From positions 3,104,001-3,168,000 of the forward strand of contig OY776510.1 of NCBI GenBank assembly GCA_963675665.1: a DNA stretch of 64,000 nt, given 5' to 3'. The DNA is from Spirochaetia bacterium. GTDB taxonomy: Bacteria > Spirochaetota > Spirochaetia > UBA9216. The notes under the pieces are model-generated. The model made no database searches and had not been told where the DNA came from. It saw only the letters and a program-made list of their open reading frames with translations. Numbering within the stretch: position 1 is the first letter of the stretch; every line of letters begins with the position of its first letter. Below are positions 30,168-39,578 of the stretch, in pieces. A program made the position numbers and the translations under genes.

Positions 30168-31034
30168 ATGAAAGTATTGGATGTCAGGGGATTATGCAAG
30201 AAATACGAAAAATTTTATCTCGATAACGTTTCTTTCAGTCTCGAGGAGGGGTATATTATGGGTTTTATCGGCAGCAATGGGGCAGGTAAAACGACAACCC
30301 TGAAAGGAATGCTTAATGTAATACATAAAGATGCCGGTACCGTGGAAATTTTCGGAAGAAATATAAACGGTAATGAAATTGATATAAAACAGGATATTGC
30401 TTTTATGATGGGCGGCAGCGATTATTACATGCAACGGAAGGTGAAAACAATTACTTCGGTTGTTAAGAGATTTTATTCAAACTGGAATCAAACTGCATAT
30501 GAGGGATATCTAAAGAGGTTTAAACTGGATCCTGAAAAAAAGGTTCATGAACTGTCTCAGGGTATGAGAATTAAGTATGCTCTTGCTATAGCTTTGTCTC
30601 ATAATGCAAGGTTTATAATTCTTGATGAGCCGACTTCGGGACTGGACCCGGTTGCAAGAGATAACCTGCTGGAACTCTTTCAGGAGCTTGTGGAAGAAGG
30701 AGATAAAAGCATTTTGTTTTCCACTCACATAACATCGGATCTGGAAAAATGCGCTGATTATATAACCTACATAAACAACGGCCGGATTATTGAAAGCACA
30801 ACAAAAGATGATTTACTTGAAAAGTACCGGCTGGTAAACGGTTCTGCTGATGATTTGGATGAAATTAAAGATGATTTGGTTGCCCATAAAAAAAATTCAT
30901 TCGGTTTTCTGGGATTAATTGAAATGGAAAAATACAAAAAATATAAAGGGATCAATTCTGAAGCCCCTGCGCTCGATGATATCATGATCTATTATGCAAA
31001 AAAGGAGGAAGACAGTGAACAGTCTGGTATATAA
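30168..31034 (+). CDS. ABC transporter ATP-binding protein (YtrB-like)
   Basis: GSNGAGKTT, LSQGMR, LDEPTSGLDP and STH motifs. Confidence 0.93.
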   Translation: MKVLDVRGLCKKYEKFYLDNVSFSLEEGYIMGFIGSNGAGKTTTLKGMLNVIHKDAGTVEIFGRNINGNEIDIKQDIAFMMGGSDYYMQRKVKTITSVVKRFYSNWNQTAYEGYLKRFKLDPEKKVHELSQGMRIKYALAIALSHNARFIILDEPTSGLDPVARDNLLELFQELVEEGDKSILFSTHITSDLEKCADYITYINNGRIIESTTKDDLLEKYRLVNGSADDLDEIKDDLVAHKKNSFGFLGLIEMEKYKKYKGINSEAPALDDIMIYYAKKEEDSEQSGI

Positions 31035-31668
31035 GGATTTTAAATTATCCATAAACTGGTTTTTTTATATCATGATGCCTGTAATAATGGGCGCCCTGTT
31101 TCTGATACCGCAATGGCCCTATTTAATTGTTTTTATGTATTTCTTTTTTATTTCGATTCCCAATATTTTCAGTACATTTAATGCACAAAACGATTTCGGT
31201 TTTGCCGTTATGATGCCCGTAAGCAAGAAAGAAATTGTTAAAGGAAAGATTTTAACCTTTCTTATAATTGAATTGCTTCATCTGCTTGCCGGAGCTGTTT
31301 TTGCAATACTTCATGTAAAACTATACGGATTTGATAATTTTATGCTGGATCCTGATATTGCTCTTTTCGGGACAGCCTTTATTATGTATGCAATATTCAA
31401 TATTATTTTTTTCCCTGTCTACTTTAAATCGGCTTACAGGTTTGGAGTTCCTACAATAGCAGCAACTGCCGCAGCCGTTCTGTTTGCAGTGATCGTAGAA
31501 ACATTCGGTTTAATCAGTCCTGTTTTCAGAAACTGTCTGGAGGGCCAGAGCCCGGAGATGAGAAAGCTGCAGCTTGCCATTCTGGTATTCGGAGTAACGA
31601 TTTTTTTTATTTTCGGCTTCATAACATATAAAATATCAGCAAAGAGATTTGAGAATATTGATTTATGA
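31015..31668 (+). CDS. ABC-2 type permease
   Basis: Six TM segments, MPVSKKEIVKGK motif, SD AGGAGG before the GTG. Confidence 0.85.
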   Translation: MNSLVYKDFKLSINWFFYIMMPVIMGALFLIPQWPYLIVFMYFFFISIPNIFSTFNAQNDFGFAVMMPVSKKEIVKGKILTFLIIELLHLLAGAVFAILHVKLYGFDNFMLDPDIALFGTAFIMYAIFNIIFFPVYFKSAYRFGVPTIAATAAAVLFAVIVETFGLISPVFRNCLEGQSPEMRKLQLAILVFGVTIFFIFGFITYKISAKRFENIDL

Positions 31669-32042
31669 GAGGAATAAGCATATCCAATACCTCTGCAAAG
31701 CCGATTTACCAGCAGCTGTTTGAACAAATCAGTTCGCAGATATTAAAAGGCGAGTTGAAAAGCGATTTTAATCTGCCGCCGATCAGGACGGCGGCAAAGG
31801 AACTCAGAATAAGCATTATTACTGTAAAAAAAGCCTGGGAAGAATTGGAGCGGGCCGGGTTGATTTATTCCGTAGCCGGCAAGGGTTGTTTTATTTCAGA
31901 TCTTTCAAATAATGAACTGGGAAATAAAAAAAATGAAATAATAAGCAAGCAGATGTTCAAGGATTTAAAGTTTTATAAAAATCTCGGAATAACAGAAGAT
32001 GAAATAATTGAACTTATAAAAGAATATTATAATCAGGAGTAA
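31665..32042 (+). CDS. GntR family regulator (YtrA subfamily)
   Basis: PIYQQL, LPPIR..A..L.IS..TV.KA..EL and GKG motifs, short C-terminus. Confidence 0.93.
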   Translation: MRGISISNTSAKPIYQQLFEQISSQILKGELKSDFNLPPIRTAAKELRISIITVKKAWEELERAGLIYSVAGKGCFISDLSNNELGNKKNEIISKQMFKDLKFYKNLGITEDEIIELIKEYYNQE

Positions 32043-32100
32043 TTATTTTAAAAAGATTTGAGGATTGGAATAAATATAATTTTTAATATATAATATTAAA

Positions 32101-33564
32101 ATGAAACTAACGGAACATTTTAAACCTTTCAGGGAAAATAGTATCGGTAATGATGCTGAAATGACTTTAAGTACCGGGGTTAAGGCTCCGGTCATATACG
32201 CCGACTGGGTTGCAAGCGGCCGGCTATATAAAACTGTTGAAAAATTCATGGCTGAAACTGTAGGACCGCTGGTTGCCAATACTCACACCGAAACTACGCT
32301 TACCGGAACTACCATGACTCATGCCTATCACCATGCCCGGGATATAATAAAGAAACATGTTAATGCCGGGAGTGAAGATCTTCTTTTTCTTGCCGGATTC
32401 GGAATGACTGCAGCTGTAAATAAACTCCAGCGAATTCTTGGGCTGCGCATGCCGGAAGGCTGCCCCGCTTCCTGCAAGGACTATGACAGGCCGCTGGTGA
32501 TAATTACACATATGGAACATCACTCAAACCAGATAACATGGGAAGAATGTCTATGTGATGTCGTTATTCTTCCGCGTGTCGATGAAACAGGGCTTCCGGA
32601 TCTTGAAACGCTTCAGTTTCTGCTTGATGAGAACAAAAACAGAAAGCTTATAGGGGCATTTACAGCCTGCAGTAATGTTACCGGCATCATTACGCCTTAC
32701 CATAAAATGGCGAAAATGATGCATAAGGCCGGAGGTCTTTGCTTTATAGATTTTGCCGCGTCGGCTCCTTATGTCGATATCAATATGCACCCTGCTGATA
32801 AGGATGAGGCGCTTGACGTAATATACTTTTCACCGCATAAATTTCTGGGTGGGCCGGGGGCGTCCGGAATCCTGGTAATGAATAAAGCTCTTTATAAACG
32901 GAACGTCCCCGATCACCCGGGCGGCGGAACAGTAAAGTGGACTACGCCGTTCGGCCGGCACAGTTATATTGACGAGATTGAACTTCGCGAAGACGGCGGC
33001 ACGCCAGGATTTCTGCAGGCAATAAGAGGAGCTCTTGCAATTAAAATCAAGAATGCCATGGGAACGGCCAATATCCTGAAACGGGAAGAGCAGCTTAAAA
33101 TAATACTTCTTGAAGAGCTTAAAAAGGAAGCCGGAGTCTTTTTACTTGAACCGCAGAATATGAACAGGTTGGGGATAATATCAGTTTATGCGCCCGGAGA
33201 ACATCACAATCTTATTGTAAAGCTTCTTAATGACAGGTTTGGAATACAAACACGGGGCGGCTGCAGCTGCGCGGGCACATATGGGCACCTTCTGTTTTCC
33301 ATAGATGAAAAAACATCGCACAAGATAACCGATATGATAGAGAGCGGAGATCTGACTGAAAAACCTGGCTGGGTACGGATATCGCTTCATCCATTGATGA
33401 CTGATGATGAAGTGCGTTTTATCGGAAAAGCAGTTGTTGAAGTTATCAGGAATTATAAACAGTGGCAGACAGACTATATTTTTCATCCTGAATCGGGAGA
33501 ATTTACGCTGAAAGAAGGAGAACCCGATTGCCGGAATTTACTTGATGAATTTCATCCAGCCTGA
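32101..33564 (+). CDS. Class V PLP aminotransferase / cysteine desulfurase-like
   Basis: EHHSN, SPHKFLGGPG, EDGGTP and RGGCSCAG motifs. Confidence 0.88.
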   Translation: MKLTEHFKPFRENSIGNDAEMTLSTGVKAPVIYADWVASGRLYKTVEKFMAETVGPLVANTHTETTLTGTTMTHAYHHARDIIKKHVNAGSEDLLFLAGFGMTAAVNKLQRILGLRMPEGCPASCKDYDRPLVIITHMEHHSNQITWEECLCDVVILPRVDETGLPDLETLQFLLDENKNRKLIGAFTACSNVTGIITPYHKMAKMMHKAGGLCFIDFAASAPYVDINMHPADKDEALDVIYFSPHKFLGGPGASGILVMNKALYKRNVPDHPGGGTVKWTTPFGRHSYIDEIELREDGGTPGFLQAIRGALAIKIKNAMGTANILKREEQLKIILLEELKKEAGVFLLEPQNMNRLGIISVYAPGEHHNLIVKLLNDRFGIQTRGGCSCAGTYGHLLFSIDEKTSHKITDMIESGDLTEKPGWVRISLHPLMTDDEVRFIGKAVVEVIRNYKQWQTDYIFHPESGEFTLKEGEPDCRNLLDEFHPA

Positions 33565-33583
33565 AGGATATTTAGCAGGCCCC

Positions 33584-33619
33584 AAAAAAGGGGAGTCCGG
33601 ATTCGGATCGGACTCCCCT
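33584..33619 (-). terminator. Intrinsic terminator between convergent genes
   Basis: AGGGGAGTCCG / CGGACTCCCCT stem, with an A-run giving a U-tail on the minus strand. Confidence 0.8.
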
Positions 33620-33651
33620 CTAACATACAATTACCTGGTATGAAATTGCAG

Positions 33652-34992
33652 CTATACAACTTCTTTCAGAGTATCTTCAAGTCTGTTGAGAACTTCGTCA
33701 ATCTCTTCTTTTGTTATTATCAGAGCCGGTTCGAAGCGTATTGTATTTGCACTGATCAGTGTGCCCGCTACAAGAACTTTTCGTTTAAAGAGGCCTGAGG
33801 CCACCTTGTAACCGACCTTTGGATCATTAAAGTGCTGACCTATAAGAAGACCTTTTCCCGTGATTCTGTTGTATACTCCGGGATATTTCTTTGCAAGGTC
33901 TTCAATTTTCCCAATCATATATGCACCGTTTTCCGCTGCTTTCCGGGGAAGGTCGTCGCGAAGGGTTACATTAATAGCAGCTATGGCTGCTGCGCAGGCC
34001 ATAGGATTTCCTCCGGTTGTTGTTGTATGAATAAACGGGTTCGGATCCTCAAATGCTTTCCAGATTTTACTGCTTCCCATGAAGGCTCCAATAGGCATAA
34101 CGCCGCCTCCGAGAGATTTAGCGGTACAGAGTATATCCGGAGTTACATCCCAATGGTTTACTCCCCATAATTTACCTGTACGTCCCATACCTGTCTGAAC
34201 TTCATCGGCGATTAATAGAATTCCGTATTTATCGCAGATTTGACGTGCTCTGGGCCAGAAGTCATCCGGCGGAACAATGGCTCCGGCTTCTCCCTGTATG
34301 GGTTCAGCTATAAAACCGGCTATATCAATACCTACGATGTCGCAGATTTCAAGTTGCTTTTCAAGAGCATCAGCATCTCCGTAGGGAACATAAAAAGTCT
34401 GGCCGCCGTAGGGCTGAAGGCCTTTTCGATAGTCCTTTTTCCCCATAACCGATAATGAGCCCTGGGTTTTACCGTGAAAAGCCTTGACTGTAGATATAAA
34501 ATTGAATTTGCCTGTGTAAAGTTTTGCTATCTTAAGCGCACCTTCTATGGTTTCAGTTCCGCTGTTTACAAAAAAGGAATGGTCAATATCGCCGGGAGTA
34601 ATCTTTGCCATGAGAGCGGCAAGTGCTCCTCTGAGCGGATCCATAAGTTCCTGTGTCGGAATACCTGATCTGCCGGCCTGTGCTTTAACAGCTGCCACTA
34701 CTTCCGGATGAGACCAGCCAAGATCAAGCGCGCCGTAACCGCCGAGACAATCGATATATTCATTATCGAAGACATCGTAATATTTGGCTCCGGAGCCGCG
34801 CCATTCCGTTCCGGCATAGTCGCCTGCTTCTGTTACGGATTTTCTGTATTCAACCCATCCCTTGTTGAAATGATCCACAAAGTTGGTAACTGTTTCTTTG
34901 GAAATCATTTTCGCAGTTTCTTCGGTAATTTTATCGCTTAAAACGATGTCATACCATTTTTGTGCAAACTGCTGTGCGTTCTGTGAACTCAT
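33652..34992 (-). CDS. patA: Putrescine aminotransferase (class III)
   Basis: N-terminal HFNKGWVEYRKSVT is typical of YgjG/PatA. Also EPIQGEAG, DEVQTGMGRTG and HTTTTGGNP. Confidence 0.88.
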   Translation of the reverse strand: MSSQNAQQFAQKWYDIVLSDKITEETAKMISKETVTNFVDHFNKGWVEYRKSVTEAGDYAGTEWRGSGAKYYDVFDNEYIDCLGGYGALDLGWSHPEVVAAVKAQAGRSGIPTQELMDPLRGALAALMAKITPGDIDHSFFVNSGTETIEGALKIAKLYTGKFNFISTVKAFHGKTQGSLSVMGKKDYRKGLQPYGGQTFYVPYGDADALEKQLEICDIVGIDIAGFIAEPIQGEAGAIVPPDDFWPRARQICDKYGILLIADEVQTGMGRTGKLWGVNHWDVTPDILCTAKSLGGGVMPIGAFMGSSKIWKAFEDPNPFIHTTTTGGNPMACAAAIAAINVTLRDDLPRKAAENGAYMIGKIEDLAKKYPGVYNRITGKGLLIGQHFNDPKVGYKVASGLFKRKVLVAGTLISANTIRFEPALIITKEEIDEVLNRLEDTLKEVV

Positions 34993-35077
34993 TTTATTCT
35001 CCTTTGAGTCTTGTAAAACAGGGGCTGAGGTAATTATTCAGCACCTGCTTTATTTTGATTTATACTTTACCGGTTAT

Positions 35078-36589
35078 TTAAATAGCGACAAAACCGGTGA
35101 TTAAAAATGCGATAGCTGCTATAAAAGCCCCAAGTATACCGTAAGGGGCCTGGGTAAATGCATGTCTGAGGTTGTCACATCCTGTTGCTGCAGAAGTAAG
35201 GATAGTAGCGTCGGAATAAAAACAGATATGAGATCCCCATCCGCCTGCAGCTGCTACAGCTCCGATAACAATTAAGGGGTTTACACCCAGGTTCAGGGCT
35301 ATAGGAATAACCATCGGTATGGCTATTACATACATTCCCCAGGAAAGGCCCATAATGAATTCGGTAATACCGAGAATAATAAATACTACGAAAGGAAGCA
35401 TCTGCGGTGTTACGTTAGCGGTTGCGCTTGTGATGACATAGTCGAGGAACCCTATTGCTTCGTTTCCTGCTGCAAACATGTATGCAAGCACTACCATAAT
35501 CAAAGGAAGAAGCATATTCTTGACACCTTCAATAACAAGATCAAAGAATTCCATTTCATCAATAATTCCCTGGAAAACATAGAAGAAGAAGGTGAATGCC
35601 AGGGTGATTAAAACTCCGGCCTGCATATCTACATCAGTAAGAATAGTGGCAACTACAAGTACTATAATCGGAAGAAAGAAATTGATGAGTTTGGGGTTAT
35701 CGGGAATCTTGAGTTCCTTATCACCGCGGATATCAATCTTTTCGGAACCGTCCGGTGCAAGCTGTCCTGTTTCTTTTGCACGTTTGTAAGCGCCTTTCAT
35801 CGGCCCGAAAATTGGAATAATACCGATAATTACAAGCGGTACAATCAATGCCGCTGCCCAGGCGTAATAGTTATAAGGTATTGAACCTATAAAATATTTC
35901 AGACCTTCGCCGTCGGCGGTAAGACCCTGTTGCTCAATAAGGCTGCCTATAAAAATTGCCCAGGTAGATATCGGTACAAGCAGACAAACCGGAGCAGCGG
36001 TTGAGTCTACAATATATGCAAGCATCTCTCTCGGAACTTTGTGTTTGTCGGTACAGGGCGCCATGCTCGATCCAACGGTAAGCGAGTTTAAATAATCATC
36101 AATAAAGATAACTACACCGAGCAGCCAGCTCCAGAGCAGTGTGCCTTTTTCTGTTTTAGCTTTGCTGGCAACAAAATTGCCGAAAGCATAAGCTCCGCCC
36201 GCTCTTTCAATAAGTGCTATTAAAGAACCCATCAAACCGCAGACGATAAACAGCCACCCGATGTCTTCGTTTATCATCGTTTCAAGAAGCGCATCGCTCC
36301 AGGGCCAGAAAAACCCTGTTTTGTATGCCAAAATAAATCCGAACACGGACCCGAGAACCAGAGATTCAAGTATGCGTTTTGTCCAGAAAATGTAGAAGAG
36401 CAGAAAAGCCGAGGGAAGTATTGTAAGTATCCCAAGATTCTCAGCGTCAGGTACGACAGCGCCTATTATAAAAAAGGCTGCAATAAGAATTACCCAGGTC
36501 AGGACCTTCTTTTTGATGTTTCCGTTGCCTTTACCGTTTAAAAACGATTGCTTTAAGGCCGATTCGGAACTTGGTTTGGTATTATCCAT
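35078..36589 (-). CDS. NhaC-family transporter
   Basis: IFIDDYLN, DSTAAP, PISTW, G.SWG and HIC..SDATILTS motifs. Confidence 0.88.
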   Translation of the reverse strand: MDNTKPSSESALKQSFLNGKGNGNIKKKVLTWVILIAAFFIIGAVVPDAENLGILTILPSAFLLFYIFWTKRILESLVLGSVFGFILAYKTGFFWPWSDALLETMINEDIGWLFIVCGLMGSLIALIERAGGAYAFGNFVASKAKTEKGTLLWSWLLGVVIFIDDYLNSLTVGSSMAPCTDKHKVPREMLAYIVDSTAAPVCLLVPISTWAIFIGSLIEQQGLTADGEGLKYFIGSIPYNYYAWAAALIVPLVIIGIIPIFGPMKGAYKRAKETGQLAPDGSEKIDIRGDKELKIPDNPKLINFFLPIIVLVVATILTDVDMQAGVLITLAFTFFFYVFQGIIDEMEFFDLVIEGVKNMLLPLIMVVLAYMFAAGNEAIGFLDYVITSATANVTPQMLPFVVFIILGITEFIMGLSWGMYVIAIPMVIPIALNLGVNPLIVIGAVAAAGGWGSHICFYSDATILTSAATGCDNLRHAFTQAPYGILGAFIAAIAFLITGFVAI

Positions 36590-36774
36590 CTCATAAACCT
36601 CCTAAAAAACATAAAATAAGAATAAATTATGTTTATAAGTGTTGTCAAGGAAAAAATAAAAGTAAAATAGGAACACATATAAGAGGAAAAGTTTGATTTA
36701 GGAGCCGATTAGTGCTATATAATAAATAGGTGGTATTACGTTGACAAAGGAGATTTAATAAATAAAATAGAACT

Positions 36775-37254
36775 ATGTTCAGTCCGTATGATGAGCTTGA
36801 TTATAGAATACTCGTTAAGTTGCGTGAGAACTGCAGAAAGTCAGCTTCAGATATTGCCCGGGAACTTGGTGAGAATGAACGTAAGGTGCGAAAGAGAATT
36901 GATCGCATGATATCGCTGGGAATCGGAAAATTCACTGTTGTTATCGATCCGAAAACTTTCGGATATGGTATAACTGTCGATATTTTTCTTGAAATTGAGC
37001 CGGAAAAAGAAAAAAGTATTATGGATACCCTGGCGTCGATTCCCGAATTGACTTATATTGCAAACGCCCAGGAATCGAATATTATATCAATTGAAGGTTA
37101 TTTCAGAACCAACGAAGAGATGTATGATTTTCTCCGCGAAAGGCTTCCAGGTATTGAAGGCGTAAGCATAAAAAGTTATGCGCTTGTACCGAGGATACTG
37201 AGGGATATAGACAGCTGGATGCCTGATCCGGAATCATTCGGCATAACGGAATAA
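36775..37254 (+). CDS. Lrp/AsnC family regulator
   Basis: N-terminal HTH (DELDYRIL..L....R.S...IARELG). Divergent from nhaC-patA. Confidence 0.88.
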   Translation: MFSPYDELDYRILVKLRENCRKSASDIARELGENERKVRKRIDRMISLGIGKFTVVIDPKTFGYGITVDIFLEIEPEKEKSIMDTLASIPELTYIANAQESNIISIEGYFRTNEEMYDFLRERLPGIEGVSIKSYALVPRILRDIDSWMPDPESFGITE

Positions 37255-37257
37255 CTG

Positions 37258-38445
37258 TTAAGCTTTCTTTCTTACGATAAAACCTTCTTCCACAGGGGCG
37301 TTCGTTGTAATTGTATAAATCTTGCCGTGATCGGCCTGGTCAACCGGCAAGCCTTCCTCGTCGTAGATCATATAGAAATCGTCTTCCACGAACAAAACAT
37401 CCGGACCGATAAATTCAAGCGTTTCGCCTGGTTTTATCTGGTTTTTTACTATCAGCTCCCACTGGTTCTCACTGATTTTCCGGCCGATAATTCCCATGAA
37501 AATATACTGCCGCAGATATGACTTTTCAGTAGGAACTTCAATATCGTCTTTACCGAAATAAAATCCGGTTGAAAATTCGCGATGGCTGACTTTATAAAGT
37601 TCATCTTTATACCCGGTAATATCTTCGCCGATGCCGGCCAGTGCGTCTACAGCTTTGCGATAGGCGCGGGTTACAACGGCTGTATAGTATATAGATTTCA
37701 TGCGGCCTTCAATTTTCAGCGAATCAACTCCGGCATCACGAAGTTCTGCAAGATGATCGATCATACAGATATCTTTTGATGAAAGAATGCTTGTAAACCC
37801 GTCTCCTTCATAGACTGGATAGTATTCTCCCGGGCGTTTTGCTTCTTCGAGAACTCTGTAGTCCCAGCGGCAGGAATGCGAACAGTTTCCCTGATTGCCG
37901 CTGCGGTCAGCCATCCAGGCACTCAGGAAGCATCGGCCCGAATATGCAAGGCACATGGCACCGTGGACAAAGCATTCAAGCTCAACCTCAGGAACGGCGT
38001 TTTTAATCCTGCTTATCTCGGACAGTGAAGTTTCCCGGCCAAGCACGACTCTTGTAAAACCCATATCCCGGTACATTTTAACAGCTTCGGAGTTAACGCA
38101 ATTAGCCTGAGTACTCAGGTGAAGCTCGGTATCAGGAAAGTGTTTTTGAAGCCTGCGGACAATTCCGATATCGCTTATAATAAATGCATCAAACGGGTAG
38201 TTGGCAATATATTCAAGGTTGTCATCAAGAGCGTCGAGGTCGCCCTCGTGAAAATAGATATTCAGGGCTCCGTAAAGTTTTTTGGAACCCTTGATAGCAC
38301 GGATGATTTTGTATTCTTCGTCATTAAAGTTATCAGCCTTCTGGCGCAGTGAAAAATTTCTTATGCCTATATATGCTGCATCAGCGCCGTAAAGATAAGC
38401 GTATTTAAGTTTTTCGACATTTCCTGCCGGTGCAAGTACTTCCAT
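37258..38445 (-). CDS. Peptidase U32 family (TrhP/YegQ-like tRNA hydroxylation protein)
   Basis: EVLAPAG, HLSTQAN, HGAMCLAYSGRC, CSHSCRW and KIEGRMK motifs. Confidence 0.9.
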   Translation of the reverse strand: MEVLAPAGNVEKLKYAYLYGADAAYIGIRNFSLRQKADNFNDEEYKIIRAIKGSKKLYGALNIYFHEGDLDALDDNLEYIANYPFDAFIISDIGIVRRLQKHFPDTELHLSTQANCVNSEAVKMYRDMGFTRVVLGRETSLSEISRIKNAVPEVELECFVHGAMCLAYSGRCFLSAWMADRSGNQGNCSHSCRWDYRVLEEAKRPGEYYPVYEGDGFTSILSSKDICMIDHLAELRDAGVDSLKIEGRMKSIYYTAVVTRAYRKAVDALAGIGEDITGYKDELYKVSHREFSTGFYFGKDDIEVPTEKSYLRQYIFMGIIGRKISENQWELIVKNQIKPGETLEFIGPDVLFVEDDFYMIYDEEGLPVDQADHGKIYTITTNAPVEEGFIVRKKA

Positions 38446-38564
38446 AAAACGCAGAATATCAGGAAAACAGCGACTCGGCAATGATGAATACTGCATGAAA
38501 CGGTTTATTATAAAATAATCCGGTATACAAAACTTCAGTCATTATTTAAAATACTGATGAAATC

Positions 38565-39482
38565 ATGAATATAAAATATGGATTCTTACTGATATTATGT
38601 CTCTTTTATCTATGTGTTTCGGACATTTTGTCTGCAGAGCAGCTTACAAAAGTTACCGGCAATGAAATATCAGGCTATCAGTGGCCTGAATCCATTTTTC
38701 CTACTGCACCGCCAGTCGGGAGTGTTAAGGCAATTACTGAAACAGCATTTTCACTTCAGGAGAATGGAGGGAGTTTCAGCAGAGAATTAAAGTATACGCT
38801 GATTTTACGATACGGCAAAGACGGCCTTCTTCAGTCGGAGGAGTATTTCAACAGCGACGGAAGCCCGGCTAACAGTATAAACTATACCTATGAAAACGGT
38901 CGACTCGTATTGAAAACACAAAACCATCCAAGTGTTCAGAACCCCGATCGCGAAATCTTTATAATATCGGAAGACGGCAGAATAGTTGAAGCGGAAAAGA
39001 TTTTTTCAAAGGGAAATTACGGCTGGAAGTACCGGAACTCTTATGACAACCATGGACGAATAGTGCTTACAAGCAAATATGACCGGTACTGGAAATGGCA
39101 GCTGGTATACAGCAGGTTGTTTGAGTATGATGAATCAGGCAGGCTCATAGCCACTGAAGGTTACGGTATGAAAAGCGAACTTTTATGGCGTGATGAACAC
39201 AGTTACGATTCTGACGGCCGTGAAATTGAATCTGTAAAATACAATCCCGACGGAGAGCTGGTTGTCAGAATTGTAAATGAATATACCAACTCCGGGCAAT
39301 ATTCCCGCAGGGAGTTTTTTGATCATAATAATACAAGTTATGCCGTTTATACATACGGATGGAATCATGATGAAAAAGGAAACTGGACCGCAAAGATAAC
39401 AGGAAGAGAAGTGCAGGGCAGCTGTTCTTCATATATTCTGCCTGATTCCATGATTAGCCGTGAAATTGAGTATTATAAATAG
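38565..39482 (+). CDS. Secreted YD/RHS-like repeat protein
   Basis: Signal peptide, repeated YD..GR, and a terminal D..GNW...REIEYY. Confidence 0.7.
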   Translation: MNIKYGFLLILCLFYLCVSDILSAEQLTKVTGNEISGYQWPESIFPTAPPVGSVKAITETAFSLQENGGSFSRELKYTLILRYGKDGLLQSEEYFNSDGSPANSINYTYENGRLVLKTQNHPSVQNPDREIFIISEDGRIVEAEKIFSKGNYGWKYRNSYDNHGRIVLTSKYDRYWKWQLVYSRLFEYDESGRLIATEGYGMKSELLWRDEHSYDSDGREIESVKYNPDGELVVRIVNEYTNSGQYSRREFFDHNNTSYAVYTYGWNHDEKGNWTAKITGREVQGSCSSYILPDSMISREIEYYK

Positions 39483-39546
39483 TCTTACCTGATTTTGTAT
39501 TCAGCAAGACTGACGACTCATATTTTTAAATTATATGCGGACATTT

Positions 39547-39571
39547 AAAAGATCCCGCCCTAAAGGCGGGA
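39547..39571 (-). terminator. Intrinsic terminator
   Basis: TCCCGCC / GGCGGGA stem, with a short U-tail on the minus strand. Confidence 0.65.
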
Positions 39572-39578
39572 CTGATTT

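Noticed and set aside
38565-39482. Rhs/polymorphic toxin system
   Set aside because: Short YD-repeat protein with no DPxG cleavage motif, toxin tip or immunity gene.
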